Counted from the first letter of the stretch, positions 46,737 to 57,736 are shown. The stretch is 64,000 nucleotides of DNA from Sphingobacteriales bacterium (GCA_027486795.1 JAIXOI010000040.1:10972-74971), one strand, 5' to 3'. Program-made: numbers and translations. The notes: a model not told the origin generated them from the sequence alone.

Positions 46737-49157
46737 CTATTTCTTACCGAATATTTTGTTCAAGAATGTACGTTGTGGCTTGGTCTCGTCAGAGTAATAG
46801 CCGAAACCGTAACCGTAACCGTAGCTATACCCATAGCCACCATAACCGTAGTAGTAGCCAGATACGCCTCTACCCACGTCGTTTAAAATTACTGATAAAT
46901 TTTTAACTCCGTTCTCGTCAATTAACGTATCTAGGTTGGTTATGAATGCTTTATCCGAGTAATCGGCCCTGAAAATGTAAATTGGGTAGTCGGCATTTTT
47001 TATTACCTCCAATCCATCGGTTACCAGCCCTAATGGCGGCGTATCAAACAATACAAAATCGTATTGTTTTTTAAGCTCTTCTACTACTTCCTTCAACTTA
47101 TCGCTCAGTATAAGCTCGGCAGGGTTAGGCGGTATAGGGCCCGAAGTGATAAATTTTAAGTTGCCAATTTCAGTATCGTGCACGCACTCTGCTATGGTAT
47201 GCTTGTTTATGAGCATGGTGCTCATACCTTTATCGTTTGGCACGTTAAATATCTTGCTCAACCGCGGACGGCGCATATCCAGATCCAGTATTATTACCTT
47301 TTTGTTTAAGAAGGCTATAATAGCGCCAAGGTTGATGGCAATAAATGTTTTACCCTCACCCGATATGGTAGAGGTTATGGCTATGGTTTTTGGGTCGTCT
47401 CCTTTCGATATGAACTGCATGTTGGCCCTCAGTGAGCGCAATGCTTCCGATACTATCGATTTAGGGTTTTGGTTTACTACTATTGATGTGCTCGGTATTT
47501 CGCTATATACGGTAGGTACCATACCCAACATGATGGCCTTGGTGCGGCGCCTTACATCCTCAACCGAGGTAATGGTGGTATGCAGCATGTAGCGGAAAGC
47601 CATAATCAACACACTTAAAATAGAGGCAATGGATATTGAAATAAGCCAAATGACTGCTTTTTTGGGCGAGGTAGGCACATTGCTGGTACTGGCCCCATCT
47701 AGTATAATGTAGTCGGAAATGATACCTGCCCTAGCAATGTTGTATTGGGCTTGCTTATCGAGCAAGCTCAAGTATATTTCTTCGGTAAGTTTGTATCTCC
47801 TATTTAACCGTATAAATTCGGCCTCTTTTTCGGGCATGCTCAACAAATCGTTTAAGAAACGGCTATGCTGGGCGTCAACATTTTCTTTCTCAAACTTTAG
47901 TTTAATCAATAGGTTTTGAATCTCGTTGTACAAATAGTTTTGTATTTCATCGAGTCTTCTGGTTAGCATTATTACTTTAGGATGAGCCTCTGAAACGTCG
48001 AGCAACATTTGGTCGCGTTCTTTTTCAAGTTCTTTTAGCTCGTCAATAAATCCATACAACTCGCTGGTTTCTTTGTTGAACAAGGATGGCGAAATGCTGC
48101 GAAGGTCCTTCAAGCTCTCAAGGTACTCAAAGTACCATTGGGCTGTTTTGGTTCGCCCATCAAGTTCATATTGGCGCGATTCTAATTCGTAAATCTGGTC
48201 GACCATTTGCCCCATAGTTTGGGTTGGGTCAATAAACCCATTCTCAACCCTAAACTTTTTCAACGAGTCTTGAAAATCGGCAAGCTGAATGGAAAAGGTA
48301 TCTATCTGATGTTCAATATATTGCAATATATTTACGGCGCTTTCCATTTTGCGCTCCACATTGTACTTAATAAACTCACTGGTAACTACCGAAACTATAT
48401 CCTGTGCCTTAAGCGTGTTTTGGTCGATGTAGCCAATGCGCAACGTTTTGGTAGTTGTGCTTAATGGCTCAACGGTTATGTTTGATGATATCTTTTGGAT
48501 CAACAATTTTTTATCGTTGATGGTAAAGAAGTAAGGTTTCCCTAAGTGATCGGTAATATTGCCTTTTAAGTTAGGCATTAACGATATTTTGATTTCAAAA
48601 GCACCTGTTTTGCTTTCGAAATAATCATTGAATAGGAATGTTTCGGTTTGTTGCTGGTTTTGGTAAGTATATATCAGGGTGTACTTAGTAGCATCAATAA
48701 AATTAATGTGTATTTCGGAGTTGTATATTCCAGGGTCGTTCACTTTTTTCACGTCAACTTGAAAAGGGGAACCTTGATATACCTCGGTTGATAAGAAACC
48801 TGAGCGCCCTTCAATATAATAGCTCACATCCAGCTCCATTCTTGATAACGCCCTGTTGAGCAGCAAGCTAGATTTTACAATCTCTATTTCGCGCAATAGG
48901 TCATCGGTATTGGCCGACAACAGCTCATCAAGGCCTAATATATCTGCCGTTTTTTCGGCTTTGAGCATTAAGGTTGAATTTGCTTGAAACGTGGGTGGGG
49001 TGTAGCGTAAGTATAGCAGCACCAAACCTATGGATAAGGCAAAAAGAAAAAACACCCATATTAAACTGCGCCTAACAATAGATAAGAACAACCCAAGGTT
49101 GAAATCGTTACCAATGGCAGCTTGCAATACTGTTAATATGGAAGATTGGTTCTGCAT
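46737..49157 (-). CDS. polysaccharide co-polymerase / tyrosine autokinase (Wzc/GumC type)
   Basis: Wzz-like N-terminus with 2 TM segments, a coiled periplasmic domain, Walker A SGEGKT, Walker B ILDLD, and a Tyr-rich tail GYYYGYGGYGYSYGYGYGFGYY. Confidence 0.9.
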   Translation of the reverse strand: MQNQSSILTVLQAAIGNDFNLGLFLSIVRRSLIWVFFLFALSIGLVLLYLRYTPPTFQANSTLMLKAEKTADILGLDELLSANTDDLLREIEIVKSSLLLNRALSRMELDVSYYIEGRSGFLSTEVYQGSPFQVDVKKVNDPGIYNSEIHINFIDATKYTLIYTYQNQQQTETFLFNDYFESKTGAFEIKISLMPNLKGNITDHLGKPYFFTINDKKLLIQKISSNITVEPLSTTTKTLRIGYIDQNTLKAQDIVSVVTSEFIKYNVERKMESAVNILQYIEHQIDTFSIQLADFQDSLKKFRVENGFIDPTQTMGQMVDQIYELESRQYELDGRTKTAQWYFEYLESLKDLRSISPSLFNKETSELYGFIDELKELEKERDQMLLDVSEAHPKVIMLTRRLDEIQNYLYNEIQNLLIKLKFEKENVDAQHSRFLNDLLSMPEKEAEFIRLNRRYKLTEEIYLSLLDKQAQYNIARAGIISDYIILDGASTSNVPTSPKKAVIWLISISIASILSVLIMAFRYMLHTTITSVEDVRRRTKAIMLGMVPTVYSEIPSTSIVVNQNPKSIVSEALRSLRANMQFISKGDDPKTIAITSTISGEGKTFIAINLGAIIAFLNKKVIILDLDMRRPRLSKIFNVPNDKGMSTMLINKHTIAECVHDTEIGNLKFITSGPIPPNPAELILSDKLKEVVEELKKQYDFVLFDTPPLGLVTDGLEVIKNADYPIYIFRADYSDKAFITNLDTLIDENGVKNLSVILNDVGRGVSGYYYGYGGYGYSYGYGYGFGYYSDETKPQRTFLNKIFGKK

Positions 49158-49163
49158 GCTCAG

Positions 49164-49952
49164 TTATCGTCTTACCAGTATTATTACTGTAATTAAGGTG
49201 GTTACCAACGAAAGCACAGGGGTTACTTGCCTTAAAAGTTCAGGTGCTATTTGGGTGGTAGGTTGCACTACTACCAAATCGTAAGGTTGAATAATCATGC
49301 CTGCATCTTTTAGCCCAGAAATAGTAGAAAGATCAATCCTTTTAATCATTGGGTTGTTATAATCGCCTCTTATTACCCTTACTTTATGAGCTTTCGAATC
49401 ATTTGTTAAACCACCTGCCAATGCAATAACCTCTATAAGAGTCGTGTTTTCGGTTGGTAGGTTTATTACTTGCGCGTTGCCCCTGCCAATAAATACAAAC
49501 GCCCGTCTATTGGTTACCGTGAGCACAATAAAGGGGTCTTTGTATATTACGGAGTATTTTTCTTCTAACAAGTCTTGAAGCTCGATGCGGGTCATGCCCA
49601 AAACGTTTAACTCGCCTATTAACGGAAAATCGGCAATGCCATCGGGCCTCACTGGATAGCTTATCCTATTGTTGCCACCTTGGTTTTGGTTGGCATTACC
49701 ACTTACACCTACTTGTTCCAGCACATCAACAAAACCATATCCATCGCGAGTACCTAATTGGAAGGTAATAATATCGCCCGGCATTAGGGTTTGGGCATTG
49801 GCCGATGTATCAACCAGCTCTGTATAGCTGTATTTTTTGTCTTCTCGAAGTAAATAATTGGGAAAAAGCACCTGGCATGACGATGCCAAGAACGAAACAA
49901 AAAACAGTAGTAAACCGACGCGAAACAGACTCATTGTATGGTTGTTGGCCAA
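49164..49952 (-). CDS. polysaccharide export protein (Wza-like; Poly_export + SLBB)
   Basis: Lipoprotein-like signal (LASSC), PGDIITFQL, and an SLBB-like C-terminus. Confidence 0.85.
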   Translation of the reverse strand: MANNHTMSLFRVGLLLFFVSFLASSCQVLFPNYLLREDKKYSYTELVDTSANAQTLMPGDIITFQLGTRDGYGFVDVLEQVGVSGNANQNQGGNNRISYPVRPDGIADFPLIGELNVLGMTRIELQDLLEEKYSVIYKDPFIVLTVTNRRAFVFIGRGNAQVINLPTENTTLIEVIALAGGLTNDSKAHKVRVIRGDYNNPMIKRIDLSTISGLKDAGMIIQPYDLVVVQPTTQIAPELLRQVTPVLSLVTTLITVIILVRR

Positions 49953-49974
49953 AATTACATAAATTAATAGGAAC

Positions 49975-51195
49975 TTAAGGGATAAGCGATACCTCCTTGT
50001 GTTTCTCTTGCAACAATTTGTAGTACAAATCGCCCATTTGGCGCACCAATCGGGTGTAGTGGTATTTTTCCATCACAAACGATTGGGCATCGTGGCTCAT
50101 GCGGGCGCGCATACCGTCGTCATTTACCAATGTTAGTAGGTTTGCGGTAAAAGGGTCAAGTTCGTCGCGTGCCGAAAGTAGGGCCGTTCGGCCTTCTTTC
50201 ACAACATCTTTAATGCCACCAACTGCCGTTGATACAATGGGCTTATCGGCTGCTTGCGCCTCAATTAGACTTACTGGGGTGCCTTCATTGAACGAACAAA
50301 GGGCAATGATATCTAAACCAGCGTAGGCATAATCAACGTCTTTTATCCAACTGGTAAAAGTTAGGAGCGCTCTGGGGCCCTTTTCCCCTTCAAAGTTGCA
50401 ATCTATGCTCAATTCGCGCACCAATGCTTCCAATTTAGGCCTATCCTCTCCATCGCCTATAATAAATGCCCTGATGGTTTTGTTGGTTTGCTCGGCTACT
50501 GCTTTAATGGCTTTGATAAATAATGGATGGTTTTTTACTGGCACCAGTCGGCCAACTATGCCAATAGCTATTTCGTTGTCGGCTATTTGATATTGCTGCC
50601 TAAAATGGGCGCGCTTTATATCCTTGTCGTGTTGAAAACGAGACAAGTCAAAACCCAAAGGCACAATCTCAACCTTTTTCGGGTCGCAAACTTTAAAGGT
50701 TTGGGTAAGCTCTTCTTTTTGTAGCTCGCTTATGGCTATAATGCGGGTGCTGCGCTTGGCCAAATACCGTTCTATCTCCAAGAAAACCCTTGTTTTCATA
50801 GGGTTGAAATAAGAATGGAACACATGCCCATGAAAGGTGTGCATTACTATTGGCACATTATTGTTTATGGCCGCAAGCCGCCCCAATGCGCCGGCTTTAG
50901 CTGCGTGGGTGTGTACAATGTGCGGCTTAAAATCTTTGATAATATCTTTCACCATACCATAAGCCTTTCGGTCGCGCAGGGGGTTTATGCTACGATGCAT
51001 ATCGGGTATATAGGTTGGCTCAAGCCCCATGCTTTCGGCAATAAACTCTGAACTCTCCTCACTTTCGTCCTTCATGCCCGAAAGCAGCAGGGTCTCAAAC
51101 TCCCCATCTAGATACCTTGACAGATAAGACGCATTGTAAGTGGGGCCCCCTAAGTTGAGGCGATTGATAATACGGAGTATCCGAGGCTTCGACAT
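49975..51195 (-). CDS. GT-B glycosyltransferase (family 4 type)
   Basis: GG.T. N-terminus, HTHAAKAG, and a C-terminal E......EGTPVSLIEAQA motif. Confidence 0.85.
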   Translation of the reverse strand: MSKPRILRIINRLNLGGPTYNASYLSRYLDGEFETLLLSGMKDESEESSEFIAESMGLEPTYIPDMHRSINPLRDRKAYGMVKDIIKDFKPHIVHTHAAKAGALGRLAAINNNVPIVMHTFHGHVFHSYFNPMKTRVFLEIERYLAKRSTRIIAISELQKEELTQTFKVCDPKKVEIVPLGFDLSRFQHDKDIKRAHFRQQYQIADNEIAIGIVGRLVPVKNHPLFIKAIKAVAEQTNKTIRAFIIGDGEDRPKLEALVRELSIDCNFEGEKGPRALLTFTSWIKDVDYAYAGLDIIALCSFNEGTPVSLIEAQAADKPIVSTAVGGIKDVVKEGRTALLSARDELDPFTANLLTLVNDDGMRARMSHDAQSFVMEKYHYTRLVRQMGDLYYKLLQEKHKEVSLIP

Positions 51196-51246
51196 GGGGC
51201 AAAGTTAGTTGCGGGTGGTTACCGTAATAGGTATTTACGCTTAAAT

Positions 51247-53154
51247 TTAGGCTAAATATTTTTTCCACCAATACTGGAACACTAACAGACCCCAAATGCG
51301 AGCATGGCTTTCGCCTGGGTCGTTGGAGTGGAGTTGCTTAATGAGTGCTTGTATTGATGAGGGATCGAAAATACCTTGAGCTTTTATAAATGCCGGGCTC
51401 AACAAATCATTTTCTATTAAATCTCGCAAATCGCCCCTAAACCATTTCAGTAATGGTACTTCAAAACCATGTTTGGGCCTATTGAACAATTCTTCGGGCA
51501 AGTCGGCTCGGAAAGCATCTTTCAGCATGGCCTTTCGATTGCCTTTGCGCAACTTATAAGCTGCTGGTTGGGTAAAAACAAAATCAACTACTTCCACATC
51601 CAAAAACGGAACGCGCACTTCAAGGCTGTTGGCCATGCTCATTAGATCTACCTTTACCAACATGTCGCTTTGCAATACCAAGCCCATATCGGCTCGTAGT
51701 ACATCGTTTAGCCCGTCATTGCCGTCAAACACCTGCAATACGTGCTGTTTTAAGGCTGTATATTTTTGCACATGGTACTTGCCTTGCCAAGTCGGGGTAA
51801 GCATACTCAACGTCTCTTTTTCGCCAGCATAGCCGCACCATCGCCAGTACCGCTCTTTGTTGCCCAATGCTGCCCCTTCGGCAAACCTATCTATTTGGCG
51901 TATTAAATTGGTTAGTTTTCCTTGCCTCGATTTAGGCATTATACCCGTTATGGGTTTTATTGCCGCCAACAAGTTGCTGGCTGAGCCCAAATTGCGCAAC
52001 CGGTAATCGGCCAAGTGCTTGTTGTAGCCGGCCATCATTTCGTCGGCACCATCGCCGCTAAGGGCAACGGTTACTTTTTGGCGGGTTTGCTTGCACAGAA
52101 TATACACGGCTATGGCCGAAGAATCGGCAAATGGCTCGTCAATATAATCCAAGATGTCAAATAGGTGGTTATATAGGTCGTTGTTGGTGAGCGAAAAAGT
52201 AGTATGGTTGGTATTGAATTTTTTGGCTACCAGCTCGGCATACTTGGTTTCATCAAAAAACGGCTCATCGGCATAGCCAATAGAGAAGGTGTTGATGTGG
52301 GGGCTGTGCTTGGCGGCTAAGGATACAATTACCGACGAATCGATACCCCCACTAAGGAAGGCTCCCAATGGAACATCGGATATCAGCCGGCGCTTTACCG
52401 ATGCGTCCAGTAGTTCTTTGAGCCTGTCGCACGCTTGCTCGTAGGTATAGTTGCTAGCATCGCGGTTTTCTCCGGGTTTTGGCAGGCTATAATAGCGTTC
52501 GATTTTTATACCTGCTTCACTAATGGTTAGTTGGGTGCCTGGCTCTACTTTGCTTACTTGCCTAAAAATAGTGCGTGGGGCAGGTATATAGTTAAGCTGT
52601 AAATATGCATGCAGTGCTTCGGTATCAATTTCTTTTTTGATGTTGAAGGCTAAAAGGGCTTTCATTTCAGATGCAAAAGCCACTTGCTCGTTATCTTGAT
52701 AAAAATATAGGGGCTTAATGCCGTACCTATCGCGGGCAATAAATACGGTATCGGCCTCCTTATCATAGATGGCAAAGGCGAAAAAGCCATTGAGCCATTG
52801 CACGAATTCGGTGCCGTAGTAACGATACAGATAAAGTATAACTTCGGTATCGGAAGTAGAATGGAACTGGATGTTTTTGTCGGCCAAATATTTGGCAGAA
52901 AGCTCTTGATAATTAAATATCTCACCATTGAAAACGATAACATATCGCTCAGAATCGTCGGTCATGGGTTGTTGCCCGGCCGAAGAGGTATCGAGAATGG
53001 ATAAACGAGCATGGCCAAGGGCTACGCTATCGTCGGCAAAATAGTCTTGGCAATCGGGTCCACGAAGGTTTAGCGCTTTAAGGGTTTGCTGCACACTCGT
53101 AATATCGGTGTCGCGCAACCCATTTTTTCTGATGATACCTGATAAACCGCACAT
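51247..53154 (-). CDS. asparagine synthase (glutamine-hydrolysing)-like amidotransferase
   Basis: N-terminal MCG nucleophile, and SGGIDSS PP-loop in the synthetase domain. Confidence 0.9.
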   Translation of the reverse strand: MCGLSGIIRKNGLRDTDITSVQQTLKALNLRGPDCQDYFADDSVALGHARLSILDTSSAGQQPMTDDSERYVIVFNGEIFNYQELSAKYLADKNIQFHSTSDTEVILYLYRYYGTEFVQWLNGFFAFAIYDKEADTVFIARDRYGIKPLYFYQDNEQVAFASEMKALLAFNIKKEIDTEALHAYLQLNYIPAPRTIFRQVSKVEPGTQLTISEAGIKIERYYSLPKPGENRDASNYTYEQACDRLKELLDASVKRRLISDVPLGAFLSGGIDSSVIVSLAAKHSPHINTFSIGYADEPFFDETKYAELVAKKFNTNHTTFSLTNNDLYNHLFDILDYIDEPFADSSAIAVYILCKQTRQKVTVALSGDGADEMMAGYNKHLADYRLRNLGSASNLLAAIKPITGIMPKSRQGKLTNLIRQIDRFAEGAALGNKERYWRWCGYAGEKETLSMLTPTWQGKYHVQKYTALKQHVLQVFDGNDGLNDVLRADMGLVLQSDMLVKVDLMSMANSLEVRVPFLDVEVVDFVFTQPAAYKLRKGNRKAMLKDAFRADLPEELFNRPKHGFEVPLLKWFRGDLRDLIENDLLSPAFIKAQGIFDPSSIQALIKQLHSNDPGESHARIWGLLVFQYWWKKYLA

Positions 53155-53204
53155 AGTGCAAAGGTAAGTGCTTATGAATTAGTATTTTTACAGGAGGCAA
53201 CAAA

Positions 53205-54557
53205 ATGACGACCCTAGACCTATTTTTAGCTCCGATATACTTAATTGTGATATATGCCCTTGCGTATAGCCACAAAAACAAGCACTATAAAGGTCATCCT
53301 TTAGAGCCTTACTTTATTCCAGGCCTTACCATTAAAATATTTGGAGCCATTTTATTTGGCATGGTATACCAATTTTATTACCGTGGCGGCGATACTTTTT
53401 GGTTTTACCAAGGCATAGAAGTTATTTTTGCCACTTTTTTAGAGGACCCTGCAGCCGCTGTGCAAATTTTGTTTCTAAATGCTTGGGAATGGACACCCGA
53501 TACGGCCCAATACACCGGTAAAATATGGTGGTTTAAAGACGATAACTCTTTCATGGTTATTAAATTAGGTGGTCTGTTTAGTTTGTTCAGTTTTGGTAGT
53601 TATACTATCATTTCCATCTTTTTTGCGCTTTTCTCGTTTTGGGGAATGTGGAAACTGCTCAAGGTGTTTTACGATCGGATACCAGAACTACATAAGCAGT
53701 TTGCTACAGCCATATTGTTTGTGCCATCGGTATTTTTTTGGGGCTCGGGCATTATGAAGGATACGATGATGATAGGCTCAATGGGGCTAGTGGTCTACTC
53801 TTTCTACATGATTTTTTACAAAAAAGAAAAGCGCATCAAATATTACATCGCACTTATTGTGTTCTCCTATATCATGCTCAAAATTCGGTCGTTCGTATTT
53901 TTTACGTTAGCCCCAACATTATTGCTTAGCTTGTATGTATTATACAGCAGTAAGATAAAAAGTGCTGCCGTGCGCACCGTTGTGGCTCCATTTTTGTTGA
54001 GCATTATGGCTATCGGTTCTATAGGCGTGATAAGCCTTACCTCAAATGTAAACTCTCGCTATAGCTTAGAAACGCTCGAAAAAAGAGCATACGATACGCA
54101 ATGGTGGCACAATAAAGTACAGGAGCTAGAAGGAGACAAAGGCTCGGGCTATTCATTGGGCGAGGCTACAACGTCAGTACCGGGCTTGGCTGCGCGTTTC
54201 CCGTTAGCGGTGAATGTTACCCTTTTCAGGCCTTACATCTGGGAAATAAATGGCCCAATAATGCTTCAAGCTGCATTGGAAAGTATCGTGGTTTTCTTTA
54301 TTACGCTCATTACCTTGTTTAAAGTAGGGCCAGGAGGCTTTGTGCGCTACTCCCTCAAAGACCCCATGTTAGCTTTTGCCTTGTCATTTGGTATTCTTTA
54401 TGCCTTTGGGGTAGGGGTTACTAGTAACAACTTTGGCGCATTGGTGCGGTACAAAATACCAGCAATACCTCTGTATTTATGTGCTTTGTATATACTGCGC
54501 TACTATGCAGCAAACAAAGACAAAAAGTTACCCGAATTGGATAAAACCGAGAATTGA
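53205..54557 (+). CDS. polytopic membrane protein, candidate polysaccharide polymerase
   Basis: About 10 or more hydrophobic segments and a location inside the EPS locus. No diagnostic motif recognised. Confidence 0.45.
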   Translation: MTTLDLFLAPIYLIVIYALAYSHKNKHYKGHPLEPYFIPGLTIKIFGAILFGMVYQFYYRGGDTFWFYQGIEVIFATFLEDPAAAVQILFLNAWEWTPDTAQYTGKIWWFKDDNSFMVIKLGGLFSLFSFGSYTIISIFFALFSFWGMWKLLKVFYDRIPELHKQFATAILFVPSVFFWGSGIMKDTMMIGSMGLVVYSFYMIFYKKEKRIKYYIALIVFSYIMLKIRSFVFFTLAPTLLLSLYVLYSSKIKSAAVRTVVAPFLLSIMAIGSIGVISLTSNVNSRYSLETLEKRAYDTQWWHNKVQELEGDKGSGYSLGEATTSVPGLAARFPLAVNVTLFRPYIWEINGPIMLQAALESIVVFFITLITLFKVGPGGFVRYSLKDPMLAFALSFGILYAFGVGVTSNNFGALVRYKIPAIPLYLCALYILRYYAANKDKKLPELDKTEN

Positions 54558-55570
54558 CCTTCTATTTTTTGCCGGGCTGCCGCACCCATTTGTACCCTCA
54601 ATGTTTCATCGGAAATGAGTTTGCGCATTGCCAGTTCCCAGGTTTCGGGGGTGCTGCACAAAAAACCATCTTTGCCATCGGTTACAATGCGATTGTTTAC
54701 GCCCACTGGCGATACTACTGCCGGCATGCCTAAGCTCATGTATTGCAATGCCTTGAAACCACATTTGCCTTTTGCCCATTTATCATCGGTTAGTGGCATA
54801 ACCCCAAAATTGAATTTTAGCAAATCGGCAATTTCAGTATCCTTTTGCCACGGTACATAAACCATCGATTGAAGCTCAAAGTCAGGTTTGCGGTTGCTGA
54901 TTACCCTGAACTCGAAATCCAGTTCTTGCTCAAGTTTCCTCAAAACGGGCACCAAGTCATCTAAATATTCAACCGTTGAGTGTGTGCCCGTCCAACCTAT
55001 TACAACTTTTGAGGTATGTTGGTTCTTAATCTGGTTGTGATGGTGTTCGGTATCAATGGTTGTGGGGTTAAGTACCACATTGGTATTGAATTGGCGAGCA
55101 TGGTCGCACAGGTACTCGTTTCCGCAAGATACTTTGTGGGCCCAATTACAAATGCTATCAACCTTTTGGTGCCACTTAAGGCCAGCCGCTATTTTGTTGT
55201 GCTCCGATGTGTTGGAGAGCCAAATAGCATCGTCAAAGTCATAGATTATCTTAGCACCCAATACCTTAGCCATAAACCACTCAAATATGGGCGGCCCAAT
55301 GGGTGTTGCTTCACGGTGAAGAAATACGTAATCAAACTTCTGCACCCGGAACATCAATAACTTCCGCCGCATAAAACCACTCAGTATGCCCATTGCCTTG
55401 GCAAGTTTATGGCCGGGCTTATAGAGTATTTGCCAAGTTTTGTCGTCCAGAAACGGTGCTATTTCGTATTGAATGCCTGCATTGTCCAATGCTGGGTAAT
55501 ACTGCTCAAACCGGAACCGTTGCGAGGGGGCCTCGCCGTGCGGATAGGGTACTATGAACAGTATTTTCAT
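54503..55570 (-). CDS. GT-B glycosyltransferase (group 1)
   Basis: The N-terminus KILFIVPYP and the C-terminal E.....K.L.YMS.GMP.V.SPVG pattern. Confidence 0.75.
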   Translation of the reverse strand: MKILFIVPYPHGEAPSQRFRFEQYYPALDNAGIQYEIAPFLDDKTWQILYKPGHKLAKAMGILSGFMRRKLLMFRVQKFDYVFLHREATPIGPPIFEWFMAKVLGAKIIYDFDDAIWLSNTSEHNKIAAGLKWHQKVDSICNWAHKVSCGNEYLCDHARQFNTNVVLNPTTIDTEHHHNQIKNQHTSKVVIGWTGTHSTVEYLDDLVPVLRKLEQELDFEFRVISNRKPDFELQSMVYVPWQKDTEIADLLKFNFGVMPLTDDKWAKGKCGFKALQYMSLGMPAVVSPVGVNNRIVTDGKDGFLCSTPETWELAMRKLISDETLRVQMGAAARQKIEGQFSVLSNSGNFLSLFAA

Positions 55571-56790
55571 TTCAATAAAGCTTGGTAAAATGATTTGTAT
55601 CGCAATACACCTTGCTCTAGGTCGTAATAGTCGTAGGCATACTTGCGCAATAAATCGGGATTGGGGGTTTTAGCAAGCAAAGCCTTCAACGCCAATTGGT
55701 ATCCTGCCGCATCGGCTTGGGGTATTAACGCACCGCCTTCTGGGTAAGTTTCAATTAGATAATCCAAATCGCCAACGCCGCTCAATGCCACCGCAGGCAG
55801 CCCACAGGCCCAGTATTCGCCCAATTTGGTTGGGCTGCGGCCAATTACGCTATAGGTGGGCTTGTATACAATAGTACCTATATCGCCTGCCATTAAGTAA
55901 CGATACACACCGTTGTAGTTGGCACTAGCCAATCGTACTTTATCAAGCGGTATATTAAACAAAGCCAACTCGGCATCCAATACACTTCTATCGGTTCGGC
56001 TCAACACAAGCAGTATTGCACTTGGCTCTAGCAAAAGCATTTCCCTAAATATCTCCAGCAATATATCGGTGCCGTAGTTGCCACCCAGCGAACCGCTGTA
56101 TAACAGCACTTTGGCATCGGTAGGTATTTTCAGTTCTTGGCGGACTTCGTCTCGGGTTGTCTCGTTAAATGGCGGAAACACACTAAAATCGACGCAAGTG
56201 GGTATTACTCCAATTTGTTCTTTCTTTTTGTAGCCTAGCCTTTCTGCCTCAACTTGCCCCGCTACCGTGAGCGATATGGAGAAGTCGCTATCTTGAAAAA
56301 ATTTGCGCTCTAAGTGCTTGTAGTATTTGTATACGGGCTTGTATATTGGCGAATTCCACAATCCGCTTTCCAGCTTCTCATCGGGCCACCAACCACGCAT
56401 ATCAAAAATGAATTTGCTACCGTACTTCTTTTTGCAGCGGCGACCTAGTATGGGGGTTATATAACCGCGGCAATGCACAATATCAAAGTGGCCGAATTGC
56501 TTGTATAGTGCCTGTATTTTGCTCCATCCGGCACTAATGTCATTCAAGGTACTTAGTACAGGTGGGCTTTTGGTGTAAGGCAATGAATGCCAAGTAACGT
56601 CATATCCCTCAAGTGATTTAAGTACGGCGTATTTGCCTTTGGCATACAAATCGGGCTTATCGAAGCTTAATATGTGCGACGAAAACCCTTGCTGCGATAG
56701 CTTGCGCTGATAGCTCAATACTTGCGACTGGCCCAATGGGTCTGTCATGCCATCGTACGAAAGATATAGAACCCTTGGTTTAGCGCTCAT
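55567..56790 (-). CDS. GT-B glycosyltransferase (group 1)
   Basis: RVLYLSYDGMTDPLGQSQV N-terminus and a C-terminal SPTKLGEYWACGLP motif. Confidence 0.75.
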   Translation of the reverse strand: MSAKPRVLYLSYDGMTDPLGQSQVLSYQRKLSQQGFSSHILSFDKPDLYAKGKYAVLKSLEGYDVTWHSLPYTKSPPVLSTLNDISAGWSKIQALYKQFGHFDIVHCRGYITPILGRRCKKKYGSKFIFDMRGWWPDEKLESGLWNSPIYKPVYKYYKHLERKFFQDSDFSISLTVAGQVEAERLGYKKKEQIGVIPTCVDFSVFPPFNETTRDEVRQELKIPTDAKVLLYSGSLGGNYGTDILLEIFREMLLLEPSAILLVLSRTDRSVLDAELALFNIPLDKVRLASANYNGVYRYLMAGDIGTIVYKPTYSVIGRSPTKLGEYWACGLPAVALSGVGDLDYLIETYPEGGALIPQADAAGYQLALKALLAKTPNPDLLRKYAYDYYDLEQGVLRYKSFYQALLK

Positions 56791-57736
56791 TATACCAATT
56801 GATGAATTGCCTTAGCCCTTCTTGTAAAGTGGTATTAGGCTGGTAGCCAAATAGCTGTTGTGCTTTAGTAATGTCGGCATAGGTAATGTCTACATCGCCA
56901 GGTTGCATAGGCATTGGCACAATGTTGGGCTGAGCACCCATACCAATATAAATGGCATCAATCAAATCCTTCAGTTTTACGGGGCCATTGTTGCCAAGGT
57001 TTACTATTTCATAAACCTTGTTATGGCTCATGAGGTATTGCAGTGCCTTCATGAAACCATCAACGGTATCGGCCACAAAAGTATAGTCGCGGGCAGTGCT
57101 GCCATCGCCATACATAGTAATAGGCTGGCCAGCTTTAATCATTTTCACGAACTTGTGTATGGCCAAATCGGGCCGCTGGCGTGGGCCATATACCGTAAAT
57201 AGGCGCAGGTTCAGTATATCAAAACCATATAAATGGTGGTAGCTGTAATTCATTAGTTCGCAGCTGCGCTTGGTAAAGGCATACGGCGAAATCTGTTCAT
57301 CAACGCTATCGGTCTCGGCAAAGGGTATCTTCTTATTGTTGCCATAAACTGATGAGGAAGAGGCAAAGAGCATTTTGTTAATGCCCTTGGTGCGCATCCA
57401 TTCCAATAAATTATTAGTAGCAGTAATGTTGGTATTGATATATGCTACTGGGGCTTTTAAGCTTGGCAATACACCTGCCTTGGCCGCCAAATGGATGATT
57501 ACATCTACTTTTACATCCAATGCCATTACGGCATCGGTATTGGCTAGGTCAAGTTCAATGAAGGTGAAATTGGCATTAGGCAACAATAACTGTAAGTTTG
57601 CCTCTTTGGCTGCACGTGGATAAAAATCATCAAAGTTGTCAATACCCGTTACCGTGTGGCCTTCGGCCAACAAACGCTCCGTAAGATGAGAGCCAATAAA
57701 TCCTGCGCAACCGGTTATGAGTACGTGATATGCCAT
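56780..57736 (-). CDS. NAD-dependent sugar-nucleotide epimerase/dehydratase (UDP-glucuronate 4-epimerase-like)
   Basis: TGCAGFIGSHL Rossmann motif and a YAFTK catalytic Y-x-x-x-K. Confidence 0.85.
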   Translation of the reverse strand: MAYHVLITGCAGFIGSHLTERLLAEGHTVTGIDNFDDFYPRAAKEANLQLLLPNANFTFIELDLANTDAVMALDVKVDVIIHLAAKAGVLPSLKAPVAYINTNITATNNLLEWMRTKGINKMLFASSSSVYGNNKKIPFAETDSVDEQISPYAFTKRSCELMNYSYHHLYGFDILNLRLFTVYGPRQRPDLAIHKFVKMIKAGQPITMYGDGSTARDYTFVADTVDGFMKALQYLMSHNKVYEIVNLGNNGPVKLKDLIDAIYIGMGAQPNIVPMPMQPGDVDITYADITKAQQLFGYQPNTTLQEGLRQFINWYNER

